DNA of 64,000 nucleotides from Nitrospirota bacterium (GCA_016194285.1 JACQBZ010000028.1:25320-89319), one strand, 5' to 3'. Shown: positions 19,721 to 31,880, counted from the first letter of the stretch. Notes: generated by a model not told the origin, from the sequence alone. Numbers and translations are program-made.

Positions 19721-21313
19721 TCATCCTCCCGGTCGGTTCTGGGTTTGTCCCACCCCCCGCGCCAATAAATCCTGCTCCAGGTGAATCAATACATCCCGCC
19801 CCGCGTTTTCAACCACGCCGCGGAACAGAGACTCATCGGCATACAGCTCGTGGACCGAACGGCCGGCCGGCGAGGCCAGTTCCCAGGCCGTTTTATCCCA
19901 GGCCCGCAGGCAGGCCCGTGCGATCAATTTGCTTAAGGGCGGTGGATTGTACAGCATCTTCTTGATCGTGATCGGGTTTAGGGAAAGCGGGTTGTAACCG
20001 CTCGAAAAATATCCTTCCTGAATGAGGCGCTGTTCGAATCCGGTGTGAGGCTGAACCCCGAGGAAGAAAAGCATGGGGAAGACACGGTCTTCACCCAGGA
20101 TTTCGGCGATTTTTTTGTACGAGTCCACGCTTTCCATCAAGGTGGCCTCCGTATCCCCGGGTGAGTTGAGCGAATAGTTCAGAATCAATTTGCCCGTGAA
20201 CCCCGCTTCTTTCAGGTAGCGGCAGCCATCGTAGAGATTGTCCAGGCGAAATCCCATATGCAGTTCGTTGAGAACCGCTTGGGAGCCGGACGTGATCGCC
20301 ACCTCCAGGTCTCCCACCCCGGATCGAACCATCCGGCGGGCCAGGTCGGGCGTGATCAGGCTCGTCCGAATGTAGCCGGACCAGGTCAGCTCCAGATTCT
20401 CGGCGATGATCCGGTCTAGGATTTCGTTGCATTGGGGCAGGGCCTCGCTGCCGGTGATGAACTGCGCATCGGTGAACCAAAACTTTTTTGTTCCCCATTG
20501 ACGGACGTGTTGCAGGATGTCTCCCACCACCCGTTCGGGCGCGCGGTATCGGACCCGTTTTCCCTCGATGTACGGGTATTCGCAGAACTGGCAATCGTAG
20601 GGACACCCGCGTTTCGACTGGACGCCGATACAGTCGTTCTTATAAGCGACGTGTTGGGGGAAGATCGTGGTCAGATAAGGAAGATCGATCGTCATGTCCT
20701 GAATGGATGTGATCGCGGTCTTGACGCCGCGGTAGACTTGAGTGCCGCTGCGCAAGATCGATCGTTCATCGGACAGGTCTTTTCCTTCGATCACCTTCAG
20801 CAACGCATCCTCGCCTTCGCCCAAAAGACCGATCGTGCCCTCCGGAAGCCGGCGGATCAATTGATCGGCGAACACGCTGAAGGCCCCGCCGCCGACGAGA
20901 ATCCGTTTTCCCGGAAACCGCCGGTGGACTGCCCAGAAATAGGACAGGATCTCCTGAATGCCCCGATAATAAGTCCAAAGGTATCCCAATCCCTTAATCG
21001 AGGCGGTCAGCTTCTTAAGAGGGTTGGTGGAATAATAGAAATTAAAGGCGTATTTTAAGGAGGGGTCGCCTTCATGGGGGGCGAACACTTGGATATCCCG
21101 CCAGGAAAAACAGACCAGGTCCGGATCGAATTGACGAAGCTGGGCCAGCAGGGTCTTGCGCCGGTGTGCCGGCGGGATCAGCGACAGATCGAGAATTTGC
21201 TGTCGGATGTCGGGATGTTTTTGGTGGACCGCGTCGGCCAGATAGGTCACGCCGAGCGGGTAGACCGGCCGGCAGGGAAGAAAGACATAGAGAATGGAAC
21301 GAACGTCAGGCAT
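19721..21313 (-). CDS. B12-binding-domain radical SAM protein, similar to cyanobacterial Slr0320 (PSII high-light acclimation family)
   Basis: KRGCPYDCQFC (CxxxCxxC); ILYV.LPC.P.YP.GV.YLAD, FSWRDIQ.FAP, FWFTDAQFI. Confidence 0.8.
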   Translation of the reverse strand: MPDVRSILYVFLPCRPVYPLGVTYLADAVHQKHPDIRQQILDLSLIPPAHRRKTLLAQLRQFDPDLVCFSWRDIQVFAPHEGDPSLKYAFNFYYSTNPLKKLTASIKGLGYLWTYYRGIQEILSYFWAVHRRFPGKRILVGGGAFSVFADQLIRRLPEGTIGLLGEGEDALLKVIEGKDLSDERSILRSGTQVYRGVKTAITSIQDMTIDLPYLTTIFPQHVAYKNDCIGVQSKRGCPYDCQFCEYPYIEGKRVRYRAPERVVGDILQHVRQWGTKKFWFTDAQFITGSEALPQCNEILDRIIAENLELTWSGYIRTSLITPDLARRMVRSGVGDLEVAITSGSQAVLNELHMGFRLDNLYDGCRYLKEAGFTGKLILNYSLNSPGDTEATLMESVDSYKKIAEILGEDRVFPMLFFLGVQPHTGFEQRLIQEGYFSSGYNPLSLNPITIKKMLYNPPPLSKLIARACLRAWDKTAWELASPAGRSVHELYADESLFRGVVENAGRDVLIHLEQDLLARGVGQTQNRPGG

Positions 21314-21361
21314 GGCGGATTTACGATAACACAGGCCGATGGGCTATGCAACCGACTCCAT

Positions 21362-21641
21362 GATGATACCCTGTTCGACTGGACCCTCACTGCTCCGACG
21401 GCGTTTGTTTGACCCGGCTAAGGCTCGGCCGCTAAATTCTGGCAAGGTAAGGCAGCCATAATTTGCCTGGAAGCGAGCATCGGGCTATGCCCGTGCGAGC
21501 GTGGGGCTTGGGGGCATCGGAGGACGTTGGTCACATCATCCGCACGGGCCCCCAATTATAATAGCCCGCGTCCTTCGCCAAGCCGGGAGCCCAAACAAAC
21601 GCCAAGTCGCAGTCCGGGCCTCAGCCGAACAGGGTATCATC
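21362..21641. mobile_element. 280-bp MITE-like element with long imperfect terminal inverted repeats
   Basis: GATGATACCCTGTTCGACTG (21362-21381) is a 19/20 inverted match to 21622-21641; inner GGCGTTTGTTTG/CAAACAAACGCC and CCCGGCT/AGCCGGG also pair. Confidence 0.6.
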
Positions 21642-21693
21642 CAGGTTGGTTGACCAGATGTCGCAATATTGAACTCGTACAGGAGCATCTATC

Positions 21694-22107
21694 ATGACCC
21701 CTGCGGAAAAATACGAACGCTACTCCGCCACGTTGCGGATTTTTGGGAAGATCGAGGATATGAATGTGATCAGCATGCGCCTCGGGCTTGAGCCGACGCG
21801 GGTCCGTCGCCGAGGGGAGCCGGTTGAAGGAACGTCGGACCGGCTGGAATTTGATTTTTGGGAGATGACCGCGCCGGTGACGAAGGACCGGCCGCTGGAG
21901 GATCATCTGGCCTGGCTGAAGTCAAGGCTGGTTCCTCGAGGGTTCGTCCTTCGAGACATCCGGACGGCTTTATCGGTCGATCTGTTTTGCGAATATCGAT
22001 CCAATCACGGTCAGGGCGGGTTCAGTCTGCCGCCGGAGGCTCTGGCGTGGCTTGCGGAGCTCGGAATCGGACTTGATGTGGCGGTGGTGTTTGAAAAGGA
22101 GACGTAG
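21694..22107 (+). CDS. DUF4279 family protein
   Basis: ISMRLGLEPT...RGEP...WEM...LEDHLAWL...GFSLPPEALAWLAELGIGLDV. Confidence 0.7.
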   Translation: MTPAEKYERYSATLRIFGKIEDMNVISMRLGLEPTRVRRRGEPVEGTSDRLEFDFWEMTAPVTKDRPLEDHLAWLKSRLVPRGFVLRDIRTALSVDLFCEYRSNHGQGGFSLPPEALAWLAELGIGLDVAVVFEKET

Positions 22108-22131
22108 GGACACAGCATGCTGTGTCCCTAC
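22104..22131. repeat. GTAG-type REP-like 28-bp perfect palindrome
   Basis: GTAGGGACACAGCATGCTGTGTCCCTAC between convergent genes. Confidence 0.75.
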
Positions 22132-22132
22132 A

Positions 22133-22906
22133 TTAATGCGGTTTCACCCCCACATGAATCGCCACGATTCCGCCGGTGAGGTTCCGGTAGGATACGGGAG
22201 AGAAGCCCGTTTCCGAGAACAACGCCTTGAGCCGTTCCTGATCCGGAAAGGCCCGTATCGAGGCCGGGAGATAGTCATAGACGCCGGTTTGATCGTGCGA
22301 GACGAGTCTTCCGATTCGGGGAAGAATCGTGAACGAGTAAAGATCGTACAGTTTTCGCAACGGTGCATTGGTGGGACGGGAGAATTCCAGACAGACGGCC
22401 CGTCCGCCCGGTTTTAAGACACGAAACATTTCACGCAAAGCCGCCTGGATATCGGCGACGTTGCGGATTCCGAAGGCCACGGTCACGACACGGAAGGTCC
22501 GGTCGCAGAACTGGAGCGATTCGGCGTTTCCCTGGAGCAACGTGATATGGCCGTTCAGCCGCAGCCGCTCGATCTTCCGTCGACCGTAATCCAGCATCCG
22601 TTCATTCAAGTCCAAGCCGATCACCTGTCCCTTCGACCCGACCTGTCGGGCCAGCAATACGGCCAGATCCCCCGTGCCGGTGCAAAGATCGAGGACGGCG
22701 TCGCCCTCGGCCGCCTCGCTCGACCGGACCGCCTCCCGCTTCCAGGCATGGTGAAGACCGAGCGAAAGAAGGGTGTTGTTGAGGTCATACCGGTGGGCGA
22801 TCGCCGTGAACATTTTTTGCACGGCCTGTTCTTTCTGGGGTGCGGTGGGTAACGAGGAAACCGGCTGCATCGGGGTATTCGTAACACCATTCGAGGCCGT
22901 TGTCAA
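22133..22906 (-). CDS. ubiE: Demethylmenaquinone/ubiquinone C-methyltransferase
   Basis: MFTAIAHRYDLNN.LLSLGLH, VLDLCTGTGD, AFGIRNV, RVLKPGG..LEFS, YLPASI. Confidence 0.93.
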   Translation of the reverse strand: MTTASNGVTNTPMQPVSSLPTAPQKEQAVQKMFTAIAHRYDLNNTLLSLGLHHAWKREAVRSSEAAEGDAVLDLCTGTGDLAVLLARQVGSKGQVIGLDLNERMLDYGRRKIERLRLNGHITLLQGNAESLQFCDRTFRVVTVAFGIRNVADIQAALREMFRVLKPGGRAVCLEFSRPTNAPLRKLYDLYSFTILPRIGRLVSHDQTGVYDYLPASIRAFPDQERLKALFSETGFSPVSYRNLTGGIVAIHVGVKPH

Positions 22907-22972
22907 TGGGTGGACGACCGGAAGCCGGACATGATATACTACAAAATTCCAACCGCTGTTTGAGGTTCATGG

Positions 22973-25816
22973 ATGCAACAGAAAGAGATCATCATCCGCG
23001 GCGCGCGCGAGCATAATTTAAGAAACATCGACGTCGTGATTCCCCGTGACAAACTGGTCGTGATCACCGGGCTGTCCGGCTCCGGGAAATCCTCGCTCGC
23101 CTTCGACACGATTTACGCCGAGGGCCAGCGCCGCTATGTGGAATCCCTCTCGGCGTACGCACGCCAATTTTTAGAGCAGATGGACAAGCCGGATCTGGAC
23201 TCGATCGATGGGCTTTCACCCGCCATCTCGATCGAGCAAAAGACGACCAGCCATAACCCGCGGTCGACCGTCGGAACCGTGACCGAGATCTACGACTACC
23301 TGCGCGTCCTGTTCGCGCGGGTCGGCCGGCCTCACTGTCCCCAATGCGGCCGCGTGATCGCGGCGCAGACGGTTCAGCAGATGGTCGATCAGGTGATGAC
23401 CTGGCCCGCCGGATCCAAGATCCAGATTTTTGCTCCGATCGTCCGCGGCCGAAAAGGGGAATATCGCAAGGAACTGCTCCAGCTCCGCAAAGGCGGTTTC
23501 ACCCGCGTCCGGGTCAACGGACAGCTCCGGGATCTGTCGGAAGAGATCGCCCTAGACAAAAAGAAGAAACAGACAATCGAAGTTTTGATCGACCGGCTGG
23601 TGGTCAAAGACGGGATTCAGAAACGGCTGGCCGATTCGATCGAGACAGCGTTGCGCCTACCGGCAGGATTGGCGGGCCTGACCGAGGGGATCATCCTCCT
23701 TCATCGCGACGGGGAGGAGGTCCTGTTCAGCGAAAAGCTGGCCTGCATCGAATGCGGGATCAGCCTTCCCGAACTGACGCCCCGCGTCTTCTCGTTCAAC
23801 AATCCCCACGGCGCCTGCCCGGCCTGCGGCGGCCTCGGAATGACGATGGACCTGGATCCCGACTTGATCATCCCGGACAAGAACCGCTCCCTCCGCGAGG
23901 GGGCGATCAAGCCGTGGGAAAAACGGTTCTCGGTCTATTATTATCAGATGCTGGAAGCGGTCGCGAAACATTACGGGTTCGATCTTCGGATCCCGTTCAA
24001 GGATCTCAAGCCGGAGCACCAGCGGGTTCTTCTGTACGGCTCCGGGTCGGAGGAGGTCACCTTCCATTACGATAGCGACGGCCACCGGCACCCCTACCAC
24101 CGGCCGTTCGAGGGCGTGATCGGAAATCTCCATCGGCGTTTTCGCGAAACGGATTCCAGCTATATCCGCGAAGAGATCGCCCGGTACATGGGCAGCCATC
24201 CCTGCAAGGTCTGCAAGGGCGAGCGGCTCAAACCGGAGAGCCTCGCCGTGAGGATCGGGGAAAAGTCGATCGCCGAGGTGGCGCGCTTCTCGATCAAAGA
24301 GGCGGACGTTTTCTTTGCCGGCCTGAGGCTGACCGAGCGGGAGGCGTTTATCGCCCACCGTATCTTGAAAGAGATCAAGGAACGACTCGGATTTTTGATG
24401 AACGTGGGTCTGGACTACCTCACGCTCGACCGCGCCGCGGCCACGCTGTCCGGCGGCGAGGGACAGCGGATCCGGCTCGCAACGCAGATCGGTTCCTCGC
24501 TGACCGGGGTGCTGTACATCCTGGACGAGCCCAGCATCGGCCTGCACCAGCGGGATAATCGCCGGCTGCTGGACACGCTGATCCGCCTGCGGGATCTGGG
24601 CAACACGGTCCTCGTGGTGGAGCACGACGAGGAGACGATCCGCTCGGCGGACCACGTGATCGATATGGGGCCGGGGGCCGGGATCCACGGCGGTGAGATC
24701 GTGGCCGAGGGAACGCCCGAAGCGATCACGGTCCACGAGAAGTCCCTGACGGGAAAATATCTTCGCCGGGATCTGGTGATCTCCCTTCCCAAGCGGCACC
24801 GATCGCCGCAGAAATTTTTAAAGATCATCGAGGCCCGTGAGAATAATCTCAAGAACATCGATGTTCCGATCCCGTTGGGCCTTTTTACCTGCATCACGGG
24901 CGTGTCGGGATCGGGCAAGAGCACCCTGGTCTTGGAGGTTCTGTACAAAAACCTTGCGCAGCGGCTGTACCGTGCGACGGACCGTCCCGGGGCCTGCAAC
25001 CAGATCAAGGGGCTGGAGCATCTCGACAAGGTGATCAACATCGACCAGTCGCCCATCGGCCGAACGCCCCGGTCCAACCCGGCCACCTACACCGGCCTGT
25101 TTACCTTCGTCCGCGATCTGTTCACCCAGCTTCCCGAATCCCGGATGCGGGGCTACAAGGCCGGACGGTACAGCTTCAACGTCAAGGGCGGCCGTTGCGA
25201 GGCCTGCCAGGGGGACGGCGTGATCAAGATTGAGATGCATTTTCTTCCGGACGTCTACGTCACCTGCGAGGTCTGCAAGGGCAAGCGCTATAATCGCGAG
25301 ACGCTTGAAATCACCTACAAGGGAAAAACGATCGCGGACATTCTGGACATGGCGGTGGATGAGGCCGCCGCCTTTTTCTCGGCGATCCCGCACATCAAGC
25401 AAAAACTCGAAACGCTGCAGGACGTCGGGCTGGGCTACGTTCATATGGGTCAGTCGGCCACGACGCTTTCCGGTGGCGAAGCGCAGCGCGTAAAACTCTC
25501 CCGCGAGTTGTCCAGGCGGGCGACCGGGCAGACGTTGTATATATTAGACGAGCCTACGACCGGCCTCCATTTCGCCGACATCCAAAAACTGTTGGACGTC
25601 TTGAATCGACTCGTCGATGCCGGAAACAGCGTTGTCGTGATCGAGCACAACCTGGACGTGATCAAGAATTCCGATTGGGTGATCGATCTGGGGCCGGAGG
25701 GCGGAGACTTGGGCGGCGAAGTCATCGCGACCGGCACGCCGGAGCAGCTCGGGCAGATCAAATCGTCCTACACGGGGCAGTTTTTGAAAAAAGCGATGTC
25801 ATCGGTGGGTCAATAA
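22973..25816 (+). CDS. uvrA: Excinuclease ABC subunit A
   Basis: [14 protein letters not shown], two ABC cassettes with LSGGE, zinc-finger Cys pairs. Confidence 0.98.
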   Translation: MQQKEIIIRGAREHNLRNIDVVIPRDKLVVITGLSGSGKSSLAFDTIYAEGQRRYVESLSAYARQFLEQMDKPDLDSIDGLSPAISIEQKTTSHNPRSTVGTVTEIYDYLRVLFARVGRPHCPQCGRVIAAQTVQQMVDQVMTWPAGSKIQIFAPIVRGRKGEYRKELLQLRKGGFTRVRVNGQLRDLSEEIALDKKKKQTIEVLIDRLVVKDGIQKRLADSIETALRLPAGLAGLTEGIILLHRDGEEVLFSEKLACIECGISLPELTPRVFSFNNPHGACPACGGLGMTMDLDPDLIIPDKNRSLREGAIKPWEKRFSVYYYQMLEAVAKHYGFDLRIPFKDLKPEHQRVLLYGSGSEEVTFHYDSDGHRHPYHRPFEGVIGNLHRRFRETDSSYIREEIARYMGSHPCKVCKGERLKPESLAVRIGEKSIAEVARFSIKEADVFFAGLRLTEREAFIAHRILKEIKERLGFLMNVGLDYLTLDRAAATLSGGEGQRIRLATQIGSSLTGVLYILDEPSIGLHQRDNRRLLDTLIRLRDLGNTVLVVEHDEETIRSADHVIDMGPGAGIHGGEIVAEGTPEAITVHEKSLTGKYLRRDLVISLPKRHRSPQKFLKIIEARENNLKNIDVPIPLGLFTCITGVSGSGKSTLVLEVLYKNLAQRLYRATDRPGACNQIKGLEHLDKVINIDQSPIGRTPRSNPATYTGLFTFVRDLFTQLPESRMRGYKAGRYSFNVKGGRCEACQGDGVIKIEMHFLPDVYVTCEVCKGKRYNRETLEITYKGKTIADILDMAVDEAAAFFSAIPHIKQKLETLQDVGLGYVHMGQSATTLSGGEAQRVKLSRELSRRATGQTLYILDEPTTGLHFADIQKLLDVLNRLVDAGNSVVVIEHNLDVIKNSDWVIDLGPEGGDLGGEVIATGTPEQLGQIKSSYTGQFLKKAMSSVGQ

Positions 25817-27874
25817 ATGAAGAGCCGTTGGTCGGATAAAGAGGCGATGGGGCTGGAGGGGTTGGATGTTTTGGTCTACACCTCCCGGCTGATCGGGATG
25901 GATACGAACCTCGTTGTCTGGGGCGGGGGAAATTCGTCCGTGAAAGTGAAAGGGACGGATCATACCGGCCGGCCGATCCGGATCCTCTGGATGAAGAGCT
26001 CCGGTTCGGATATGAGGACGATCACCCCCAAACAATTCACCCCGCTGCGGTTAGACGACCTGCTGCCGCTGATGAAGCGGGACGCGATGACGGACGACGA
26101 GATGGTGGCCTATCAATCCAGATCCATCCTGGAGCCGGGCGCGCCGAAGCCCTCGATCGAGACGCTGCTCCATGCGTTTCTCCCGCCGACCCATATCTAC
26201 CACACCCATGCCGACGCGATCTGCGCATTGACCGACACGCCGAACAGCGATGAGATCATCGAAAAGGTATACGGGAAAAGTGTTGCGGTGATTCCCTATT
26301 TCCGCCCGGGTTTTCTCCTTTCCAAACGTACGGGCGAGGCCTATGTCAAACGTCCCGGGCTTCGCGCGATTATTTTAGACAAACATGGGCTGATTACCTG
26401 GGGCGAGTCGGCCAAAGAGGCCTATCTCGAGACCATCCGGATGATCACCTTGGCCGAGCACTATCTCGGACGGCGAAGACGGCCCCGTGTGCGGTCGGTC
26501 CGTCCCCCGGTCTCAAAAGAAACCCGCCATGCCGTCGCGTCCGCGATCGCCCCGACGCTTCGCGGCGAGATCGGCCGAGGGAAACGGATGGTCCTGTTTT
26601 ACGACGACGATCCCGCGGTGTTTCAGTTCATCCATGATCCGAAGGCCAAATCGTTGTCGCAGATTGGGCCGTTCACGCCGGATCACTTGATGCATACGAA
26701 ACCCTGGCCGCTGTTTCTGGAGGTAAAGGGTTCAAGCCGGCCTGATCCGGAGAAGATCGCGGCGGCACTTTCAAAATCGCTCGCGCAGTATCGAGAGCGG
26801 TACGTTGATTATTTCAACCGGCACAAGACGCCGGGCGTCACGATTCTGGACCCGAATCCGCGCGTGATCCTGATTCCGGGCGTGGGGATGTTCACGACCG
26901 GAAAAGACCGGCGGGCGAGCCGCATCACGCGGGATATTTATAAGCATACCGTTCAGGTCATTCAGAACAGCGCGGCGGTTTCGTCCTATGTCTCGTTGTC
27001 TCCTCGGGAGCTGTGCGATTTCGAGTACTGGCCGATGGAGAATTTCAAGCTGACGCTCCTCCCGCCCGAGAAGGAATTGTCCCGACGGGTCGCGCTGGTC
27101 ACCGGTGCGGCCGGGGGGATCGGAAAGGCGATCGCCGAGCGGCTCGCCGTAGAAGGAGCCATGGTCGTCCTGACCGACATCGATTTGGAAAAAACCCGCA
27201 CCATCGCCGAAGCGATCAATCAGAAGATGGGCGAGATGAATTCAATCGCCCTCAAGATGGACGTGGCCAGCGAGTCCTCGGTGCGAAAGGCTTTTGAGAA
27301 TGCGGTCCTGGCTTATGGTGGGCTTGACATCCTCGTCTCGAACGCCGGGATCGCGAAATCATCGCCGGTCGACCGGCTGTCGCTTTCGGACTGGGATCGC
27401 TCGATCGCCGTCAACGCCACCGGCCATTTTCTTGTAAGCCGTGAGGCGCTCCGGATCTTTAAAGCGCAGGGCCTCGGCGGGAATATCGTGGTCGTCGCCA
27501 CCAAAAATGTCCTCGCGCCGGGAAAAGATTTCGGGGCCTACTCGGCCTCCAAGGCGGCCCAGACCCAGCTCTCGCGCATCCTCGCGATCGAGGGCGCGGA
27601 TGATCGCATCCGCGTGAACATGGTCAATCCGGACGGCGTGTTTCAGGAGTCCGGACTCTGGTCCAAAGAGATACGGGAAGAACGGGCCAAGGCCCACGGC
27701 ATCCCGATCGAGAAGCTCGAGGATTTCTATGCGCGACGCAATCTTCTAAAGACGCGGATCTATCCCGGCGACGTGGCCGAGGCCGTGCTGTTCTTCGCCT
27801 CGGACCGCTCGGCCAAAACCACCGGCGCCATCCTTCCCGTCGACGGCGGCATCCGCGAGGCGTTTCCACGGTAA
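25817..27874 (+). CDS. Bifunctional class II aldolase / short-chain dehydrogenase (RhaD/RhaEW-like)
   Basis: [32 protein letters not shown], then TGAAGGIG and YSASK SDR motifs. Confidence 0.88.
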   Translation: MKSRWSDKEAMGLEGLDVLVYTSRLIGMDTNLVVWGGGNSSVKVKGTDHTGRPIRILWMKSSGSDMRTITPKQFTPLRLDDLLPLMKRDAMTDDEMVAYQSRSILEPGAPKPSIETLLHAFLPPTHIYHTHADAICALTDTPNSDEIIEKVYGKSVAVIPYFRPGFLLSKRTGEAYVKRPGLRAIILDKHGLITWGESAKEAYLETIRMITLAEHYLGRRRRPRVRSVRPPVSKETRHAVASAIAPTLRGEIGRGKRMVLFYDDDPAVFQFIHDPKAKSLSQIGPFTPDHLMHTKPWPLFLEVKGSSRPDPEKIAAALSKSLAQYRERYVDYFNRHKTPGVTILDPNPRVILIPGVGMFTTGKDRRASRITRDIYKHTVQVIQNSAAVSSYVSLSPRELCDFEYWPMENFKLTLLPPEKELSRRVALVTGAAGGIGKAIAERLAVEGAMVVLTDIDLEKTRTIAEAINQKMGEMNSIALKMDVASESSVRKAFENAVLAYGGLDILVSNAGIAKSSPVDRLSLSDWDRSIAVNATGHFLVSREALRIFKAQGLGGNIVVVATKNVLAPGKDFGAYSASKAAQTQLSRILAIEGADDRIRVNMVNPDGVFQESGLWSKEIREERAKAHGIPIEKLEDFYARRNLLKTRIYPGDVAEAVLFFASDRSAKTTGAILPVDGGIREAFPR

Positions 27875-27971
27875 CGCGCGCATTTCTCCTTTTGTTCACC
27901 CTGAATCCTGCCTTTCCCCGCTTGAAATTCCGACGGGGTTCGACTATACTTTCATTGTATCGGAGGCGACC

Positions 27972-28985
27972 ATGCTGATCGTCATGCGACAGGATGCCAC
28001 CGCGGAGCAGATCAATGCGGTGGCTGAAAAGATAAAGGCGCTGGGTTTTAAACCCCATGCCATCCCCGGCAGTGAGCGCACGGCCATCGGGATTACGGGG
28101 AACCGCGGTTCCGTAGACGCCGACCTCTTCGAGCTTCTGCCGGGCGTGGCCCAGGCGATTCCGGTCAGCCAGCCCTTTAAGTTGGTGTCGGCGGAGGTCA
28201 AGCCCGAACGCACGGTTGTGAATGTGAACGGTGCCACTATCGGCGGCGAATCGTTGGCCGTGATGGCCGGCCCTTGCTCCGTTGAAAGCGAGGCCCAGAT
28301 TTTGGCTTGCGCACGGGCCGCCAAGGCCGCCGGCGCGCAGTTTCTTCGAGGCGGGGCGTTCAAGCCGCGCACCAGCCCATACGATTTTCAGGGACTCAAA
28401 GAGGAGGGGCTCAAACTCCTGGCGCTCGCGCGCGAAGAGACCGGTCTGAAGGTGGTGACCGAGGTGATGAGCCCCGGATCGGTGGATCTGGTGGCGCGCT
28501 ATGCGGACGTGCTCCAGATCGGAGCCCGCAACATGCAGAACTTTCCGCTCTTGGAGGAGGTCGGCGATGCCAAGCGACCCGTGTTGCTGAAGCGGGGTCT
28601 GAGCGCCACGCTCAAGGAGCTCTTGATGGCCGCCGAATACATCGCCTCGCGCGGCAATTACGAGATCGTGCTGTGTGAGCGAGGCATCCGGACGTTTGAG
28701 ACCATGACCCGCAACACTTTGGATCTGGGCGCGGTCATCGTGCTCAAACAGCTCTCCCACCTACCGGTGATTGTGGATCCCTCCCATGGATTCGGATTGC
28801 GCTACGGCGTCATTCCCCTGGCGCGCGCGGGCGTGGCGGTGGGCGCGGATGGATTGATGGTGGAGATCCATCCCGAGCCGGAACGCGCCCTCTCCGACGG
28901 TCCTCAATCCTTAACCCTGCCCATGTTTCAGGAGTTGATGCAGCAGGTCCGACGTGTGGCCGCCTCCGTCGGCCGCCGCATCTAA
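27972..28985 (+). CDS. aroF: DAHP synthase type I-beta
   Basis: [46 protein letters not shown]. Confidence 0.95.
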   Translation: MLIVMRQDATAEQINAVAEKIKALGFKPHAIPGSERTAIGITGNRGSVDADLFELLPGVAQAIPVSQPFKLVSAEVKPERTVVNVNGATIGGESLAVMAGPCSVESEAQILACARAAKAAGAQFLRGGAFKPRTSPYDFQGLKEEGLKLLALAREETGLKVVTEVMSPGSVDLVARYADVLQIGARNMQNFPLLEEVGDAKRPVLLKRGLSATLKELLMAAEYIASRGNYEIVLCERGIRTFETMTRNTLDLGAVIVLKQLSHLPVIVDPSHGFGLRYGVIPLARAGVAVGADGLMVEIHPEPERALSDGPQSLTLPMFQELMQQVRRVAASVGRRI

Positions 28986-28996
28986 AACAGCCGTTG

Positions 28997-29644
28997 ATGC
29001 ATGCATGGATTGTCATTTGGTTCGGGCTGGTGCGCGACTGGGGCTATCCGGGAATCGTGCTGTTGATGGCGATGGAGAGCTCCGTCCTCCCGCTTCCAAG
29101 CGAAGTGGTGATTCCTCCGGCGGCCTACTGGGCGGCGCAGGGAAAGTATAATTTTTGGGGCGTGATCCTGGCCGGGACGGTCGGAAGCTATCTCGGCGCG
29201 GCCGTCATGTACTGGGCGTCCCGATGGATCGGCCGGCCGCTCGTCGTGCGGTACGGAAAATATTTTTTCATTCCTGAATCGAAATTGCTCCGCGCCGAGC
29301 GGTGGCTGGCGCGATATGAGGTCGGAGGGATTTTCTTCGCACGGCTCCTCCCCGTTGTGCGGCATCTGATCGGCCTCCCGGCCGGAATCGTCCGGATGAA
29401 TTTTAGGACTTACAGTTTCATGACAATCGTCGGCTCGGCGGTCTGGTGCACCGTGCTGGCCTGGTTCGGGGCCGAGGTGATCGGCGACCGGCCCGAGCTG
29501 CTCAATAATCCGCAACAGATGATCCAGGTCCTGACCGACCGGTTCCACTGGTTCGTGGGCCTCATCCTGCTCTTAACCGTTCTTTACATCGTCGTCATGC
29601 GCCTCACCGCCAAGCCCGAGCTGGCGCGTCCGAACCTGGAATAA
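28997..29644 (+). CDS. DedA family membrane protein
   Basis: MESSVLPLPSEVV, FARLLPVVRHLIGLPAG. Confidence 0.9.
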   Translation: MHAWIVIWFGLVRDWGYPGIVLLMAMESSVLPLPSEVVIPPAAYWAAQGKYNFWGVILAGTVGSYLGAAVMYWASRWIGRPLVVRYGKYFFIPESKLLRAERWLARYEVGGIFFARLLPVVRHLIGLPAGIVRMNFRTYSFMTIVGSAVWCTVLAWFGAEVIGDRPELLNNPQQMIQVLTDRFHWFVGLILLLTVLYIVVMRLTAKPELARPNLE

Positions 29645-29670
29645 GCCCGCCTCCGCGGTCGTGTCTCGAA

Positions 29671-29734
29671 TCAAAATCCTCTCGGATTCTCAAAGGTCGG
29701 TATATTGATTTTTAGTCGGTTTAGGCATATCCTT
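29671..29734 (+). repeat. 64-bp direct repeat, copy 1
   Basis: 55/64 identical to 32449-32512 by manual alignment. Confidence 0.85.
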
Positions 29735-29790
29735 GTTCCGGAATTCCACGCGACTCTCATCTTGGGACCTAGACGGCGGAAGCGGAGGCG

Positions 29791-31866
29791 ATGCCCGTGG
29801 GCAAGGATCTTCCTTTTTTTAACCTTTACAACCATGCGTTCGTGCGTGTGGCGGTGGCGATTCCCGAAGTCCGGGTGGCCGATCCCGCGTATAACGCCCG
29901 CCAGACGATCGCGCTCATGGAGCGGGCCGCGGAGCGGAACGTCCTGCACGTACTGTTTCCGGAGCTGGGGTTATCCGCCTATTCCTGTGAGGACTTGTTC
30001 CATCAACGGGCCCTCCTCGACGGCTGCGACGAGGGCCTCGCCGAGGTTCTGAACGCATCTAAAAAAATCCCGGTGATCGCCGTCGTCGGACTGCCGCTGC
30101 AGGTCGACAGCTTGCTTTTCAACTGCGCCGTGGTGCTGTATCGCGGGCAGGTGCTCGGGGTGATCCCGAAGACGTATCTTCCCAATTACCGCGAGTTCTA
30201 TGAGTTGCGCCAGTTCACGCCGGCCGACTGCGCCCTGCGCCGCACGATCGACCTCTTGGGTCATCGCGATGTGCCCTTTGGCAACCGGCTCTTGTTTCAG
30301 ATCGAAGACCAACCCCGTTATACTTTTTACGTCGAGATCTGCGAGGATTTATGGGTTCCCATCCCGCCCTCCTCGCTGGCCTCGCTGGCCGGCGCCACGG
30401 TCCTTTTCAATCTTTCCGCGTCCAACATTACGGTGGGCAAAGAAGACTACCGCCGTCAACTGGTCGCCAACCAGTCCGCTCGGTGCCTTGCGGCCTACGT
30501 GTATTCAGCCGCGGGATTCGGCGAGTCCACGACCGACCTCGCCTGGGACGGTCACGGCATGATCTATGAAAACGGGACTCTCGTGGCGGAAACTCCGCGA
30601 TTCACCTACGGCCCCCAATTTATAACGGGCGACCTTGACCTGGAGCGCCTCGTTCAGGACCGCATGCGGCAAAATAGTTTCGCGCAAGCGACCCGTCATC
30701 ACCGGGAAGATCTCGAGGACTTTCGCCTCGTGCGCGTGGCCGCAAAGCTTCCCGACACGGGCCGCATGCTGTTGGATCGCCGGTATGATCGATATCCCTA
30801 TGTCCCCAACGACCCTCGACGACGCGATGAACGGTGTCGCGAAGTCTATGAGATTCAAGTGCAGGGATTGGTCAAGCGTCTGCAGGCGGCCCGGGTGAAT
30901 AAGACGGTGATCGGGGTTTCGGGAGGACTGGATTCCACTCAGGCCCTCCTAGTCTGTGCGAAAGCCATGGATGTGATGGGGCAATCGCGTGAGAACATTC
31001 TGGCCTTCACCCTCCCCGGATTTGCCACAAGCCCGCGCACACGCGAGCAGGCCTGGCATCTGATGAAGACGGTGGGTTGCACCGCCCGCGAGATCGATAT
31101 CCGTCCGAGCTGCAATCAGATGCTCAACGCCATCGGCCACGCCTATGCCCACGGTAAGCCCTTGTACGATACGACGTTTGAGAACGTCCAGGCGGGTGAG
31201 CGGACGAGTCTCCTGTTTCGCGTGGCGAACAAAGAAGGGGCGATCGTCGTGGGGACGAGCGACTTGAGCGAACTGGCACTGGGCTGGTGTACGTACGGAG
31301 TGGGCGACCAGATGGCCCATTACGATGTGAATGCGAGCGTGCCGAAAACGCTGATCCAGTACCTGATTCGTTGGGTCGCCGAGAGCCGGGCGCTGGGTCC
31401 CGATCTGCGTTCCGTGCTCGATGACATTCTCTCGACCGAAATCAGCCCGGAACTCGTTCCCGGGATGGTCAAAGAACAACCCGGCCAGCGCTCGGAAGAC
31501 ATCGTGGGCCCCTATGCGCTGCAGGATTTTCATCTCTATTACACCCTTCGCTTCGGGTACTCGCCACCGATGATCGCTTTTCTCGCCTACTGCGCGTGGC
31601 ATGACAAAGCCGAAGGCCAATGGCCGGATATTCCGGAGGGCCAGCGCCGGGAGTTTACGATCGGAGAGATCAAGCGGTGGCTGGGGGTTTTTCTCAAACG
31701 ATTCTTTCAGGACAGCCAGTTCAAACGGAGCGCATTGCCAAACGCCCCGAAAGTCGGGTCGGGCGGTTCGCTCTCGCCTCGCGGGGACTATCGAGCGCCG
31801 AGTGATAGTGAGGCCAGCGCATGGCTGGCACAGCTCGACGCCGTCCCGAACGAAGAGACGGATTAA
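29791..31866 (+). CDS. nadE: Glutamine-dependent NAD+ synthetase
   Basis: Nitrilase domain ([24 protein letters not shown]) plus [25 protein letters not shown]. Confidence 0.95.
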   Translation: MPVGKDLPFFNLYNHAFVRVAVAIPEVRVADPAYNARQTIALMERAAERNVLHVLFPELGLSAYSCEDLFHQRALLDGCDEGLAEVLNASKKIPVIAVVGLPLQVDSLLFNCAVVLYRGQVLGVIPKTYLPNYREFYELRQFTPADCALRRTIDLLGHRDVPFGNRLLFQIEDQPRYTFYVEICEDLWVPIPPSSLASLAGATVLFNLSASNITVGKEDYRRQLVANQSARCLAAYVYSAAGFGESTTDLAWDGHGMIYENGTLVAETPRFTYGPQFITGDLDLERLVQDRMRQNSFAQATRHHREDLEDFRLVRVAAKLPDTGRMLLDRRYDRYPYVPNDPRRRDERCREVYEIQVQGLVKRLQAARVNKTVIGVSGGLDSTQALLVCAKAMDVMGQSRENILAFTLPGFATSPRTREQAWHLMKTVGCTAREIDIRPSCNQMLNAIGHAYAHGKPLYDTTFENVQAGERTSLLFRVANKEGAIVVGTSDLSELALGWCTYGVGDQMAHYDVNASVPKTLIQYLIRWVAESRALGPDLRSVLDDILSTEISPELVPGMVKEQPGQRSEDIVGPYALQDFHLYYTLRFGYSPPMIAFLAYCAWHDKAEGQWPDIPEGQRREFTIGEIKRWLGVFLKRFFQDSQFKRSALPNAPKVGSGGSLSPRGDYRAPSDSEASAWLAQLDAVPNEETD

Positions 31867-31880
31867 GGGAAAGGAGAAGA

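Noticed and set aside
21362..21641. 6S RNA
   Set aside because: Too long, and no clear central bubble or usual gene context; kept as MITE-like, Rfam scan needed.
23344..24799. Long alternative-frame and antisense ORFs within uvrA (also those within aroF, pheA, rpsA, ruvB and the 849-aa gene)
   Set aside because: Typical shadow ORFs of GC-rich coding sequence with no motifs.
29715..29740. Sigma54 promoter in the 64-bp repeat (AGGCATATCCTTG)
   Set aside because: GG-N10-GC spacing is not met in either copy.
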